Below, piece by piece: positions 50,807 through 64,000 of a stretch of DNA of 64,000 nt. The translations under genes and the position numbers were made by a program. This stretch comes from Eledone cirrhosa (lineage: Eukaryota), in assembly GCA_964016885.1 (NCBI GenBank), contig OZ024740.1:391468001-391532000 (forward strand). Direction: 5' to 3'. Within the stretch, counting starts at the first letter, position 1; every line of letters begins with the position of its first letter. A model generated the notes under the pieces. It saw only the letters and a list, made by a program, of their open reading frames with translations. It was not told where the DNA came from and ran no database searches.

Positions 50807-51869
50807 TCTATATATATAAGACTGAGGTTATCTGGGTGTCTGTCTGTCTACTAAAACGGTCGGCACACATATCTTCTTAAACCGTACGTTCAAATTTCGG
50901 TGAAATTGCTACACTTATAGATGAAGGTCCGGCGGAGACATCGGTCAAATCATTTTTCAAATTGACCCACTCCAAGTGCAAAAATCGAATTTGTAATGTA
51001 TTGATTTTTCAGTTCAAATGTATAAATAGAGATGAGAGACGAGTTATTTCCCTTTTATGGCGTCATTTATTTATCTATTTACGTTACGAATAAACTACGC
51101 GTACAAAAATACGCGAACAGTTTTCGGGCCAGCAAAATTTTAACCGGCAAAATTCATGAGTTCGAAGTTTCAACATTAAGCTTCCATTTTGCTTCATTTC
51201 CATTAAAAAGTCTTTTAAAACAATATTTCAGCGCATCAACCTCGCCATCACCCGAGGCAACGCTGCGAGTGTGCTGGCTTGCCTCAAAATTAGAGAGGTT
51301 GCCCAGTACTCGCGACGTTGCTGTCTTTTGCTCTGGTGTTGCCTCCGTTGTTCACCCCTTCCTTTACATTTTCTTTAATATTGTAGCATTGAAGGAATAT
51401 ATCTTTCATTGTATCATCCTTTGTAGTGTTACCGAGGCATTTGTAATGTTATTTATGTATATATTTAAAATATATTTGTTATGTTATTCTACTGTAAATT
51501 TATATATATGCTCTGTTTATATTTTCATTCTCACTACCCTAAAAAATCTATGAAACTATACATGTTGCAACTCTCTCTCTCTATATATATATCACACACA
51601 TACATATACATATACATCTGAAGAGAGAAAGGGAGATGTAGAGAGAGAGTGAGATAGGTCGTTATACAGGGAGAGGTACAAGATAATCAGATAGAGAGAC
51701 AGAGAGAGAGAATGGCGACGAACGCTGGTTCACACACACACACACACAAACACACATATATATAAAGACAGAGAGAGAGAGAGTGAGAGAGAGAGAGAGA
51801 GAGAGAGATCTGCGCGTTCTTTATTGTTCTCCATTCTGTAGAGGAAGAGAGAGAGAGGGGGGGGGGTAT

Positions 51870-51916
<47 letters not shown>

Positions 51917-53003
51917 GGTATGAGAAAAAAGGGAGAGGGGTTGAGAAAGAAAGAAAGAAAGTTTAAGCAAAGAATCGCTGATTTCAACATTAATGGGATA
52001 TTCTTAAACTAATAAATTCAATCTGTGAACGCAGAATTAAATATTTCGAGAAACGTTGCAACCGAAGGAAGACAGGAAGACGATATTTTGGTTCGTGAAG
52101 ACGTTCCCTGGTAATGAACGAAAAAAAAGCGAGGATAATACGTCGTTATGTGGATCGAGAAGAACAATTTCATGCAAAGACGAGACCAAGTTTATGGTGT
52201 AAATGGAGTCGTTAGACTAATATTCTATTTAAAATAACCGAATGATTTCCAGCCCCGGAGTTTAAGAATGATGTAAATAAAATTGTAAACGAAAATGACA
52301 GAGGTTATTAAAATAGTTGTTTCTACTTTTGGTACAAGGCCAGCAATTACCCAGTACATTACTGGTACTTTATTTTATCGACCCCGTAAGGATGAAAGGC
52401 AAAGTTAACCTCGACGGGATTTTAACTTTGCCTTAAAATAGTAAAAGTAAATAGTGAAGATTTAGGCCAGTACATACGCATGCGCCGACGGACATATACA
52501 CATACATATATACATACGCACACACAAATATACACGCACACACACACACGCGCACGCGCGCGTGTGTGTGTATACCATATGCATTTCTACAGTATTTTCA
52601 CCAAACTTAAGACATAGGTTACTTATGTACTCCGGATGGTCATGGGCACTTTCATTTTTCCAGATATTGATTATAGGGCCTCCCGGCAGATAACCCCCTT
52701 TAACCACTTCCTTGGAGTCGACTGAAGCACTGCAGTGCAATGCAACAAAACGTCATAACTTCTGGAGTTCGCAACCGATTTTCACAAAACTTGACACATG
52801 GGCTACGTTTGTTCTACAGATGATTGTGAACTCTCAGAATTGGAACATATTGAGTAGGGGACCCATTGGGGGCAGGAACCCCCTTTTGGAAAAAGTCGAT
52901 GATTTTGTAAAAGTATAGTTTTCCAAGCAGCACTGAAGTATTGACATAAATGGTATACATAACTGGTATTTAATACCCGAGTAACGCCGGGTACCTCTGC
53001 TAG
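50807..53003 (+). mobile_element. Non-autonomous Helitron B
   Basis: TCTATATATATAAG..(TGTC)n start. 3' hairpin TACCCG-AGTAACGC-CGGGTA, then CTAG|T at 53000-53004. Pairing these two ends as one element is inferred. Confidence 0.55.
52318..52432 (-). mobile_element. Nin-domain SINE, 5'-truncated, with 10-bp TSD
   Basis: TSD TTAAAATAGT at 52308-52317 and 52433-52442. Confidence 0.88.
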
Positions 53004-54237
53004 TTCAAAATACAAAATCAGTGTTATCCATTTGACGTCATAGGAGATAATTCTTTCAAAATACTTAGCATCTATGCAACGTGCTCATTTTTGTATCTGT
53101 CCTTTCACCTATCTGGCAAATTAACAAGAGCAATAGTATCTACAATTCTGTAACTCTAACAACTAACTGACCTCTTTCAACCAATGAGAAACGTCGTGAG
53201 CAGTATCATGTCATTACAACTCTTTCCCTCATAATTACTTCAACGAGCAGACTTGGAGCAGATCCCAAAATACGAAATGATGTGTGTATGTGAGCGTATG
53301 TTTGTATATTCTGTGTCTATAAGGACGTGAAATTGTCACTCAGTCAATCTCTTTTATCACAGGTCTTTCCTGACACCAATACATATGTTCTACTGAGTGT
53401 TAAGGTTTTGTTTTTTCTATATCAGAATATAATTTCGTTTCTTGTGAATCCTTACTGACTTTCTCATACTGATTCTTTATGTGTTTATGCGCGTACATGT
53501 GTGACTGTGTGTCTTTCTCTGTATGCGTGTGTGCCTCTGTGTGTGTGTGTGTGTGATTTGTGATATATTTTCTTTTTTATTTTGTTCATTAAAATTCACC
53601 AATAAAATCACAGTCGTTCTCTCAATAAACAAAAAAATTCAGAAATTATAACTCATGTATGCCTGTTTGCATGTACATATGCATTGATTTTATCAAGCAA
53701 GTATACATATGTCTATGTCTGCCAAAAGCATATTTGCCGTTCCTATAGTTGCATATATAGTTGCAAATGTAATCTTACATATGAAACATTGAAAAATCGG
53801 GATGTCAGCTCCAAATTCTAATTTTTGTGATTCATTCACTGCACTTGTAAATGTGATTGGTTTCTTAAAAGGATTAGCTGTTGATGTGATTGTTTATTAA
53901 CATTATTAAATTCTAACAGGATTGACAGCAAATGCAAATCGCTCTTAGGGTAATTAGAAGACAGCCTTTGAAACATCACATTCATAATACCCAACGCCTA
54001 CTGGCATAGTTTCATAAGTATTTTATATGAGTAGATAATACATTTTTGACAATGGCTTCCTTCGTCACTATAGACGATTTTGCAATTCTGCAATCACATA
54101 CATGCCCAATATAGAAATATATATGTATGTGCTTATGTACATATTTAATGATTTATACACGATTTCGACATGTTCGATTAAAATTAATTCTATATGTTGA
54201 GATTTCTATCAAAGTTTCCAAACACTAGCGGGAAAGG

Positions 54238-54343
<106 letters not shown>

Positions 54344-54378
54344 CACACACACACATATATATATATATATAGATATAT

Positions 54379-54439
<61 letters not shown>

Positions 54440-54519
54440 AAAAACACATACACGCACAGGCGCGCACACATACACATACAAATGAAGAATCTGAGGATAC
54501 CAACTTTTATGAGAAATTA

Positions 54520-55505
54520 TCTTATTGTCAGAACTATAGGTTATCATGATAGACTTCTGATACTAGGGGACTTCAATGCAAGAGTTGAATCAGATTATGA
54601 GTCTTGGAGAGATGTTCTTAGCTCTCATGGAATATGAATAGCAATGGCTATTCTGTGTTTTTGCAATGAAATTAGCTTCTGTATCACCGATACAATGTTT
54701 TAACAACCTTACAGGTTGGATGCATTTGATTTATTACATTATAACAAAAAGGTGTAATCAACGTGACATTCGTCATACTCGTTCCTTCCATAGTACATGT
54801 TGGTTATCTGATTACTCTCTGTTGTGTTGTAAGGTATCATTTCAACTTCAGGTACAGAATAGAAGACATAATGCAAACTTTCTTAAGCGAATAAATGTTC
54901 GTCACTTGATGCTGAAAGAAAAGCTAGGTTGTCTTAATTACTCGACGTGCAGCTTGGTCGAGTTGAAATTTCAGAAAATATTAAAGAATCGTGGAAAAAT
55001 CTCAAGGAAGTAACATATTCTGTATCGCCTGAAGCTCTTGGTCTGCAAAGCGTGAGAATCAAGATTGGGTCAATGAAAATAATACAGAAATCCAGTCACT
55101 AATTGAAAAAATGCGCTCCTCTCATAAAGTGTGGATTGCCAATAAAAAAAATTTCCAGTGAAAAAGAAATACTTGAACTGTAAACAAACTGTTCAACGGA
55201 CCTTAAGGTAATTGAAAGACAAATGGTGGTTATCAAAACCCACCGAGCTTCAAACCACTGCTGTTAGAAGGGATATAAAAGCCTCCTATGATAGAATAAA
55301 AGAGGTTTATGGCCCTCAGCTACCTGAGTCCTCACCAGTATTTGCATCGGATGAATCCACTTTGTTAACAGATAAAAGTGATATTCTTAACCGCTGGAAA
55401 TAACATTTTGAAACAGTTTTAATTCTCTATCTGTTGTGGATAATGATGTCATCGACTCAATTCTTTTAAGGCCAGAATTCCCTGAAATGGACTTTGAACC
55501 AACAT
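54520..55505 (+). mobile_element. RTE (BovB-like) LINE remnant: endonuclease end and linker
   Basis: DRLLILGDFNARV..WRDVLSSHGI, CWLSDY and KDKWW..ELQ..YDRIKEVYGP..LLTDKSDILNRW. Confidence 0.82.
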
Positions 55506-55559
55506 AAACCATGCTGGGCATAACAAGCAGCATCGGACGCTGGAATAGTTACTTTATTT

Positions 55560-55597
55560 TCCTCGAAAGAAGAGATATTAATCTCGAAATATCAGGA
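55560..55597 (+). ncRNA. Degenerate minimal hammerhead-like motif
   Basis: TCCT-CGAAAGA-A-GAGAT(ATTA)ATCTC-GAA-ATAT-C-AGGA. Stems I and II and the palindromic stem III are intact; two core positions deviate from CUGANGA. Confidence 0.45.
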
Positions 55598-55737
55598 CAT
55601 ATGAATAAATTAAGGTAAAAAAAACAACCCTTGTTTCTTACGATTGATTATTTTCCGTCCAAACCAAGCAATGTCGTGGCTTCCAAACTTCGAATTCTTT
55701 ATACCATATACAATGGTTCAAGTAAACTACAAATTCC

Positions 55738-55802
<65 letters not shown>

Positions 55803-56434
55803 AAACAATAAAAGTGGAAGCAGCACGGAAGTATTTTTAAAGCACCTTTTTTTCTGTTTTTTTTTTTAATCCTTCAGAGAAAGAGATGTTATTAAAAAAT
55901 GGGGGTTTTATAAAATATCACCGGTTTCGATGAGTAAATTCATCTTATCAAATATTAAATTAAAAAAAGTCAAAGATTAAAAGTCGAAAATCTGGAAGTT
56001 GATAAAAGTCTCTTCATTTTTTTGCATTGAGAATATCTGGGTTTATCTAGAAGAATTATTCTTTATATATACTGTTTTGTGTGGATGCCATAGTGGGATT
56101 TCAACAGTTAGTCAAAATTCGAATGAATTTCTTTTTATGAGTAGGTTTCTGTATGTATGTGTGCGTGTGTGTGTGTGTGGGGGGGGGGTCTGTGTGTGTA
56201 TGTGTGTGTATATGTGTGTGTGTCTAATGTGTCAAGTGAATGACTAGTGCTATATAGTGGTCAGAAGTTCAATGTTTTGTGGGTTGAAAGGAAGATAGGA
56301 AATCAGAATTTCTCAAAGATCTGTTTTTGAAGTGATGGTTGTTTTTGAAACAAAATATTATTATTTTGTTTCGTGCTGTGTGTATGTGTGTATGTGTGTG
56401 TGTATGTGTGTGTGTATGTGTGTGAGTGTATGTG

Positions 56435-56500
<66 letters not shown>

Positions 56501-56794
56501 TGTGCGTGCGTGTGTGAGTATGTCTGTGTGAGGGTAGTGTGTGTGAGTGAGTGTCTGTGTGCGAGTGAGTGAGTGAGTGTGTGTGTGTGTGTATATGTAT
56601 GAGTGTGTATATGTATGAGTGTGTATGTGTACAAAAGTATCAGTCTGTAGCACTAACAATTGTCACATACGTTACGAAAACAATTTCAGGACATCACGCA
56701 CAACAATAAAAATGTCCTTATGAAACTTTTTGATAATCAGTTATCAAAACAAACAGAAACGAGAGAGATGGAGAAACAAGGCAAAAATCAGGGA

Positions 56795-57000
56795 ATCACT
56801 AGGTGATCGTTAGAAATAGCACTACAATCTACCTCAAAGTATCCATGATCATCTTGAATATGTATGATCTGTTTGATAATCGGGTCCTAGATTGTCAATG
56901 TCCAAGAGAATTTCTGGGTGGTCATGACTGGAATACTTTCATCATATTTATATTCAATCTGAGCTGAATTATAGGTAAACAACAATAACAATAACAGCAA
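56795..57000 (+). mobile_element. Diverged SINE of the (AAC)n-tailed family
   Basis: TAGAAATAGCACTACAATCTACCTCAAA..GGTCATGACTGGAAT..CAATCTGAGCTGA..TAAACAACAATAAC. Related pieces at 11015-11100 and about 44660-44850 (-). Confidence 0.55.
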
Positions 57001-57802
57001 CCATGGCGTTTTCCTGCTTAAGGCCACCAAAATATCAATAGAAGAACCCCAAATCGCAGAACAGCCATGGCTTGATAAAATCACAAACTTACACTTAAAA
57101 CATGAAGAATGTCTGCACTTTACGAACTCTACGACTATTGACATCAATATGCCTAATACCCTGTAATTGATTTAAACAAATGAATAAAACATGAAGCACT
57201 AGCTAGAAAAATACATCTAATGTCAAAAAGCCCATGGAAAGTTACAAATAATATGATTGAAGTTTTATAAAATTGTTATATTTTAATTGAATCGTGTTCC
57301 TGGTAAGGAACGTAACTCTCAAATGGTTATCAGACACGAAACAACATTTATGAGTAATGAAAATATAGTATATAACAAATAACGATAACATGAAATAATA
57401 TATATTTACCAAAATAGTACATTGTATTACTTGTTCATTAGATATTTATTAATAATGCTTGTACAAATAATTTTAGAATTCATTAGTAATGAGTAAAAAC
57501 AATTAACAGGCAAAATCTTGTGAGAATTCAAAATGTGTGTACGCCTAAAGAAATTCAAGAATTAATTTAAAACCATCGCTAAATTGTATTCCACGACGGT
57601 AAACACAATATGAAACTATATTAGCCTACAGTTACAGATTTTGAGAAAGTGCTTACATTTCATCTCTGAACTAATTATCTAATTATTCAATAACATTTGG
57701 AACGCATAGAAATATTCCTTGTACTTTGAGCTATATACCTTATTATAACATATGATCCGAGTATACATATTATTTGTAGGAATGCTAAGATTGAAGACAC
57801 AA

Positions 57803-57895
57803 GATGGCCGAATGGTTAAGGAATTCCATTCTCAACCAGTAGGTCCCAGGAACGGTAAATATTCGTGACATCTTGTGCAAGTATTATTTACAACC
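57803..57895 (+). mobile_element. Degenerate tRNA-derived CORE-like SINE head
   Basis: A-box TGGCCGAATGGTTAAGG and GTGACATCTTGTGCAAGT. The B-box is decayed. Confidence 0.45.
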
Positions 57896-57918
57896 CATGT
57901 ATTTATATAATTATATAT

Positions 57919-57980
57919 ATGAGTTCGGATCTAGCTGTCGAAACGGCCTGAGCTCAGCCGTCGGGGTCCTGACTCTTTTC
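57919..57980 (+). ncRNA. 5'-truncated type I hammerhead (12033 family) embedded in TA-rich sequence
   Basis: (AT)GA-G..C-GAA-ACGGC(CTGAGCTCA)GCCGT-C-GGGGTCC. It has a 5-bp stem III, a palindromic loop and a GUC triplet. The 5' strand of stem I and CUG are missing. Confidence 0.65.
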
Positions 57981-58284
57981 TTAATTATATATATATAGAT
58001 TCATTTCTGTCCACTTATTCCTGAGAGAGTGATGTAAGCAGAGGTATCCAGCGTGCCTTCTAGAGAGTTCTATCAGAAGCAAACATTTTCAAATGATCCG
58101 AAAAGAATCCCAGGTGAAACTGTTAACATCCTCCCCGTGTCCAGTATATCTCCTGCCAATTTGCGTTGCCCGTAAAATCTGACTTACGATTCCTTCTTCA
58201 TACATTTGAACCACATCTCCGTAATACTAAAGCTATGATCTCTCGACGTCAAGAAGTAGTAGCGACTACTTGATTCCCGTGATA

Positions 58285-58467
<183 letters not shown>

Positions 58468-58523
58468 GACGTAAAATAAGAGAATTTTAAAAATTAAAAA
58501 TTAACTTACTTACTAAAATGTTC

Positions 58524-58605
58524 ACTCCAACTAATTAGTTTCTGTAATGGGATAAAGATAGTTACGCAATGTAACTGTCGAGAATTCATTACGCCATCAG
58601 GGAGT
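58524..58605 (-). ncRNA. Hammerhead ribozyme copy in the inverted arm, with an A9G core change
   Basis: Reverse complement of 59061-59142, but the core reads CTGATGG. Confidence 0.7.
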
Positions 58606-59060
58606 CTATTCTCAGCTAAGTCTCCAGGCAATGCGCGGACACTAGGGACTCATATAAAAATAATAATAATTCGGTGGATGGAACAGCTAGCGGGGACTGA
58701 ATTCCAAAGCACTGAAAAAGTTCACTGTCTCTGGTCAAATGGCAGATTCTATACGCATATGTTGGTAAATATACTAATTCTCTATATTTATCTCCAAATT
58801 GTTTATTTGTTGAGCAAACCTGCCAAATCCACTACTAACTCATTGTAGTGGTAGTAGGCTTTTGTCATTTTACTACCCCACTCCTTCCGACTAGCCTCAG
58901 TGTCACGTGATTGATTCTTTAGAATCTGCCATTTGAGACAGTGAACTTTTTCAGTGCTTTGGAATTCAGTCCCCGCTAGCTGTTCCATCCACCGAATTAT
59001 TATTATTTTTATATGAGTCCCTAGTGTCCGCGCATTGCCTGGAGACTTAGCTGACAATAG

Positions 59061-59142
59061 ACTCCCTGATGACGTAATGAATTCTCGACAGTTACATTGC
59101 GTAACTATCTTTATCCCATTACAGAAACTAATTAGTTGGAGT
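59061..59142 (+). ncRNA. Type I hammerhead ribozyme with long stem II and palindromic stem III
   Basis: ACTCC-CTGATGA-C.GTAATG[..AGTTAC ATTGC GTAACT..]CATTAC.A-GAA-ACTAATTAGT-T-GGAGT, with a GUU triplet. Confidence 0.82.
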
Positions 59143-59311
59143 GAAAATTTTAGTAAGTAAGTTAATTTTTAATTTTTAAAATTCTCTTATTTTACGTCTT
59201 TCATATAATTGTTCTGCATCCTCCTGCATTGAACCACCTAGGTACTATGACATAACTTATGTATTTGCTAGCATTAGTGTACATCTGTACGCATATGTTG
59301 GTAAATATACT

Positions 59312-59429
<118 letters not shown>

Positions 59430-59468
59430 TCATACACACACATATATTTATATATGTGGGTGTGTGTA

Positions 59469-59536
<68 letters not shown>

Positions 59537-59813
59537 AAGGGTGAGAGAGAAAGAAAATAGAAGCAAACTGCTTTTTGTAGGCTATTTCACGTTTTGTGAA
59601 GCGGATGTATGTAACAAAAGGAAGAAAAAACTTTCAAGTTAGTTGTACTCAACGTAGTCGATGGAGTTGTGCAACGTAAATATCCTGATGATACGAGATT
59701 CGTCGCCGACTATGGTACTTAGGTTCCAAAGAGTATTGCACGGAGTAACATCTATATATAAATTTGAGCGACTTCCGTCCGTCACACAATGTGTGTTTGT
59801 GTGAATGTATATA

Positions 59814-60245
59814 TATATTACTAGAATTTTTTACGTTGTAGCGTATGTGTATATGTGCGTGCGCGTGTGTATGTGTATATGCATACATTTATATGTATGA
59901 GTATATAAATATAAACGCGTGTAATAGGAAGAAAGGAGATGGTGAAAAACTATAGCAAAACAGTGGCTGGCGTTTCACTTGCTACACTGTGTGTGAGTGT
60001 AAATGTATGTGTGTGTTTATGTGAATGCATGTGTGTGTTTGTGTGGATGTATGTGTGTTTGTGTGAATGCATGTGCACTTGTGTGAATGTATGTCTGTGG
60101 GTGCGTATTTTCGTAAGTGTGTCTATCTTTGCCCATTTATATTTATATACTCATACATATAAATGTATGCATATGCACATACACACACCGCGCACACATA
60201 TATACACATATGCTTCAGCGTATTGAAAAAAATTCTAGTAATATA
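59814..60245. repeat. Inverted repeat (arms 59814-59915 and 60136-60245)
   Basis: TATATTACTAGAATTTTTT outer match. Inner 39-bp perfect match at 59877-59915 / 60136-60174. Confidence 0.75.
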
Positions 60246-60705
60246 AACAGGACATCAGTGAAAACTAGGCAACATTTGTTGAAGTACAAAATGAAACATA
60301 TATTTATAAAATAGAGTCTCTAACCCATGTTTCAATACAGTTATGTATTCGTCTACGATACCTGAATTATTAATCTGGCATTGCGTTATTAAATTGTCCG
60401 TATTATCAGAGAGATTCGTGAGAAACTGGAGTTATTTTAACGTGCCAACAATCTTCTCTTTCTATACACTCCCTCACACGAAAACATACAAACAAAAATA
60501 CACACAAAAACCCCATACGTTCGTACACACGTACACACACATAAAACACAAAAGAATTCCAACATATACGTGAAAATACACGTACACAAATGTACACAGA
60601 AATAATACGAAAAAGTCACATTCACACAAACGCATACACGCACATTCACGCGCACGCACATGCACAAAAAACAAAGAACTCACACCAGTGTGAACACACC
60701 AATAA

Positions 60706-62090
60706 CACCGTGTAACAAAAAAAATTTGTTTCTCTGTTCCTGGCTTGTAATCACTTTTTTGTGTTGCTTAGGTCCCAAATAAAAAAAAAGGTGCTGTTAA
60801 ACAGTTAAAAGTTTGGGTTTGTAAAAATTCTAAGCTATTCACTAGAATTATTTGTATGCTGGATTTTATGTTGTATGTAAGTTTAATTTGCTTATGTTAA
60901 ATGATTTTTTTAATATATGTTTCAGGTTAAATTAAAATTATAAAATAAAGAGTAATACCTAAAGAAAATTATAAAAGTGCAATAAAGTATAAAATTGTTA
61001 AAAAGTGGATTAAAGAGATTTATTGATACTGGATTTTCGCACCCTGAATAAAGGGTAAGTTGTGTTTTAAGCATTCGTCTCCAGGATGAAGCAGTGGAAC
61101 TTGGTCAAGGAGGAAGTGCAGGTGACAAGTCAGAGAAGTCGACACGAACCTTTCTCAGGCTTTTACACTCTTAGGGATGGCCTCTGCTTCTGCCATGACG
61201 TGCCTGGACTGTTTGACGTTATTGGGTGCCGTTTGAAGGTGGTATTTTTGTTGGACCTCAGATAAAGAAGGTGTTTGAGTCTACCGAGTTCGCCAATAAG
61301 CTCAATAGGATTGAGAGAACAGCATGGAACTGTTTCAAAGCAGTTGTTAAGGGCTTCCTGGGCAACTACAGAGCGAGCTGAAAACTACCAGCAACTGGTG
61401 CAGGATCTGATAAAGGCTTTTGGCGCCATGGGATGCAGGATGTCGCTTAAACTTCATATGCTGGACGCTCACCTGGAAAAATTCAAGGACAATATGGACG
61501 CCTACTCAGAAGAACAAGGCGAACGATTTCACCAAGATGTGAAAGAGATAGAGCGGAGGTACCAGGGCCACTACAATGAAAAAATGATGGGGGGCTATAT
61601 CTGGGGGCTAGTGCGGGAATGCGACCTGGACTACAACCGCAAATCCAGGAAATCCAGTCATTTCTGACGTGTATAAGTTGCTTTATAAGTGTTATTTGTT
61701 TTTACTTGTTTGCTTTTGATAAGCTTGTGTAATAAAATAAATATATACTCTGTTGATTTAATTATATGAACTGATAAATTTAAAAAAAATGTGTTTTTTC
61801 TTGAAAAATATGAAAATTTCGAAATATCAAACTCCTGACCACAAGCACAAACTTCTGATTAAATAATAGTGTTTTTTTATAATAATTGTTTCTACTTTGA
61901 TGAAAGGCAAAGTTAACCTCGGAGGGATTTGAACTCAGAATCGTAAAGGGACGTAACTATGCTGGAAACATGGCGTCCGACCCTCTACTGATACCGCCAA
62001 TCCACCGCCCTTGTTTTTTAATAATAATGGGATATAACAAGCCATGAAATGACACTTAGAACCGGGGAACAAAAAATATGTTACACGGTG
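60706..62090 (+). mobile_element. Chapaev3-like (CMC) DNA transposon, internally deleted
   Basis: TIR CACCGTGTAACA / TGTTACACGGTG with 3-bp TSD TAA (60703-60705 and 62091-62093). Transposase C-terminus MSLKLHMLDAHL..SEEQGERFHQD..ERRYQG..MMGGYIW (ORF 61275-61667). Confidence 0.85.
61887..62011 (-). mobile_element. Nin-domain SINE with an internal deletion of about 60 bp, nested in the DNA transposon
   Basis: 17-bp TSD with 1 mismatch at 61870-61886 and 62012-62028. CTACTTT is joined directly to GATGAAAGG. Confidence 0.88.
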
Positions 62091-62093
62091 TAA

Positions 62094-62327
62094 TATAAGA
62101 CTCAGAGATACACATATGTACATACACATCAACAGAAGCAACAATGCAACACCTACCAATTTCACCCCATCGACACACCACACATAACTATACCCATGGC
62201 ACACCTGAACCCTCCCCCTCGTCCCTTATGCCCGAATCCAGACCACTCGCTTACCACACGAACACAACCTTCTTAACCATTTCTAAACTCTCATGCGCCT
62301 ACCTGCTCTCTCTCTGCCCTCTCTCTC

Positions 62328-62380
<53 letters not shown>

Positions 62381-62545
62381 TACACACACACTCTCTCTCT
62401 ATCTCTCTCTCTCTTTCCATTTCCCGACGAAGGACTTCCGTCCAAAGGGCTGATCCCTCCTCTATTTCCTTTCCTCCCCTTCTAAGCGTGGTCCTAATAA
62501 GACTTTGTGTTTTTGCATCGCTATGTTTGCCTTATTTCTTCAAAT
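62094..62545 (+). mobile_element. Possible Penelope-like 3' remnant with a decayed hammerhead
   Basis: CCGACGA-A-GGAC(TTCC)GTCC-AAA at 62424-62446 follows a (CT)n tract and precedes a pyrimidine-rich tail ending in TA-rich sequence. Confidence 0.4.
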
Positions 62546-62677
62546 ATATATTTATATGTATATATTAATGTATATATTTATGCATACATATATATTTAGC
62601 TATCCATGCGTGCGTCTTCATATTTTCTGTAACTAACAACGCCGTAGACAAATATTTAGGCACGTAATATATAGATA

Positions 62678-63000
62678 CTAGAATGTAACCCGTTACTAGA
62701 CAGATACATTTTGAATATACGTTTACCACATGATTTAGATAATTTAAAGAAATCGTTTAATTATTTATTTAATTTCAATAATATCTAAATATTTCGTAGA
62801 AAAAGAAGATACTCGAAAAATCTGATATTCTTTCGTATCTGATAGATAGTAGAACAATCTGATATTCTTTCGCCGCTATAATTCAACGAAGTAGAAATAG
62901 TGCACCATGTGAGATAGGATTCTATATACGAGAACTATCAAAGTTTGATGCAAATAATCACTACAAGCTAGAAGCAATTAGACACAACGAAGAAAAGAAA
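62678..63000 (-). mobile_element. Possible Helitron 3' portion
   Basis: Minus strand CTGTCTAGTAACGGG (decayed hairpin)-TTACATT-CTAG|T at 62677-62703. The upstream extent is uncertain. Confidence 0.4.
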
Positions 63001-64000
63001 AGAAAAACTACTCGTAATTCGAGACAAATGACAGAAAATACCAAACATGCAAAACAAACGGGAGAGATGGAGGCAGTAATAGTAGGTGTCTGGTTCCTTT
63101 GTGTTCAGATTTCATGTTTATGTATATATTTATTGACCACACCACATGTTACATACTCGCACATTAAACAATTGTTTACGGATGAATTGAATGCGTTGTG
63201 AGAAAGTAAATGAGTTTAACATTGAATAAGTACTAAAACTTTCTTCATTCGATATAACTGCTGTTATAGAAACAACCCCCTTTATATATACGTATCTATA
63301 TTTCCATAACACTACCAACTTAACAATTCCATCATACTACAAGATTTCAGCGGCCATATAAGTAGGTTTGCAATGTAGGTGAAGAAGAGAAGAAGAGGAA
63401 GAATAACGAAGATGGACAGCTCCAAGAATCAATGCTAGTCATTGATTCAACTCTCGGGGCTGAATGTTTTGTATCTAGTCATACTTGACTCCAAATTTTA
63501 TAAAATATTGAAATGTCTTCTGGTACATGAGAACGTATAGCAATCTAAGCTTTAAATGTGAGACTAGTACTTCACATGCAGAGTAGAAAACAACCTAAAT
63601 AGGAATGTTAACTGAATTGAGAGGCGAAAGTATTACATATTTTATGTACAGTTATTTTGTTATGGTTATTTCCATAACACACATAAACATACGCATGCAG
63701 AGTCACACACACAGACACACAGACACAGACACAGACACAGACACAGACACACAGACACACACACACACGTACACATACACATACACACGCGTGTTTACAT
63801 GTGTTTTTAAATATGTATGTTATACACTTGTGTCTCTGTGCTGGTCGTATGATAGTAAATGAGAGTGTAAAACAAGCGTTGAACTTCGGATTATATAAAG
63901 GGAATCCTACAGAGAAAGTTTATTCCTTTTAAGCCTATTCTATTCTATGATATAAATCGTGACATATCAGTCAGTGAATTCCACGTTATTGAATTATTTT

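Noticed and set aside
51032-51553. 173-aa ORF inside Helitron B
   Set aside because: It has no Rep/helicase or other recognisable motif and a low-complexity, T-rich composition.
59655-59712. CTGATGA followed by an ACGA/TCGT hairpin
   Set aside because: It is followed by GCC rather than GAAA, with no valid cleavage triplet.

Overview
AT-rich, microsatellite-dense animal genomic DNA. It is most likely from an octopod cephalopod, inferred from the SINE repertoire and not confirmed. No host protein-coding gene can be firmly called, and most ORFs in the track are microsatellite read-throughs. The window is dominated by transposon remains: Tx1/L1-type, RTE-type, R4/Dong, CRE-like and NeSL/HERO-like LINEs, about 13 copies of a tRNA-derived Nin-domain SINE, a mariner, a Chapaev3-like DNA transposon and non-autonomous Helitrons. 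The strongest unexplained signal is a recurring set of small non-coding inserts in (TA)n tracts carrying minimal type I hammerhead ribozyme motifs. Intact-looking motifs lie at 8642-8692 (-) and 59061-59142 (+); partial or degenerate ones lie at about 12.1, 29.9, 30.2, 47.3, 55.6, 57.9 and 62.4 kb. Several inserts share one architecture: an inverted fold-back arm, a ribozyme arm and a tail, and two inserts show terminal redundancy as expected from a circular or tandem RNA template. This resembles a Penelope-dependent retrozyme-like system. All calls are by eye; no database search or folding program was run.
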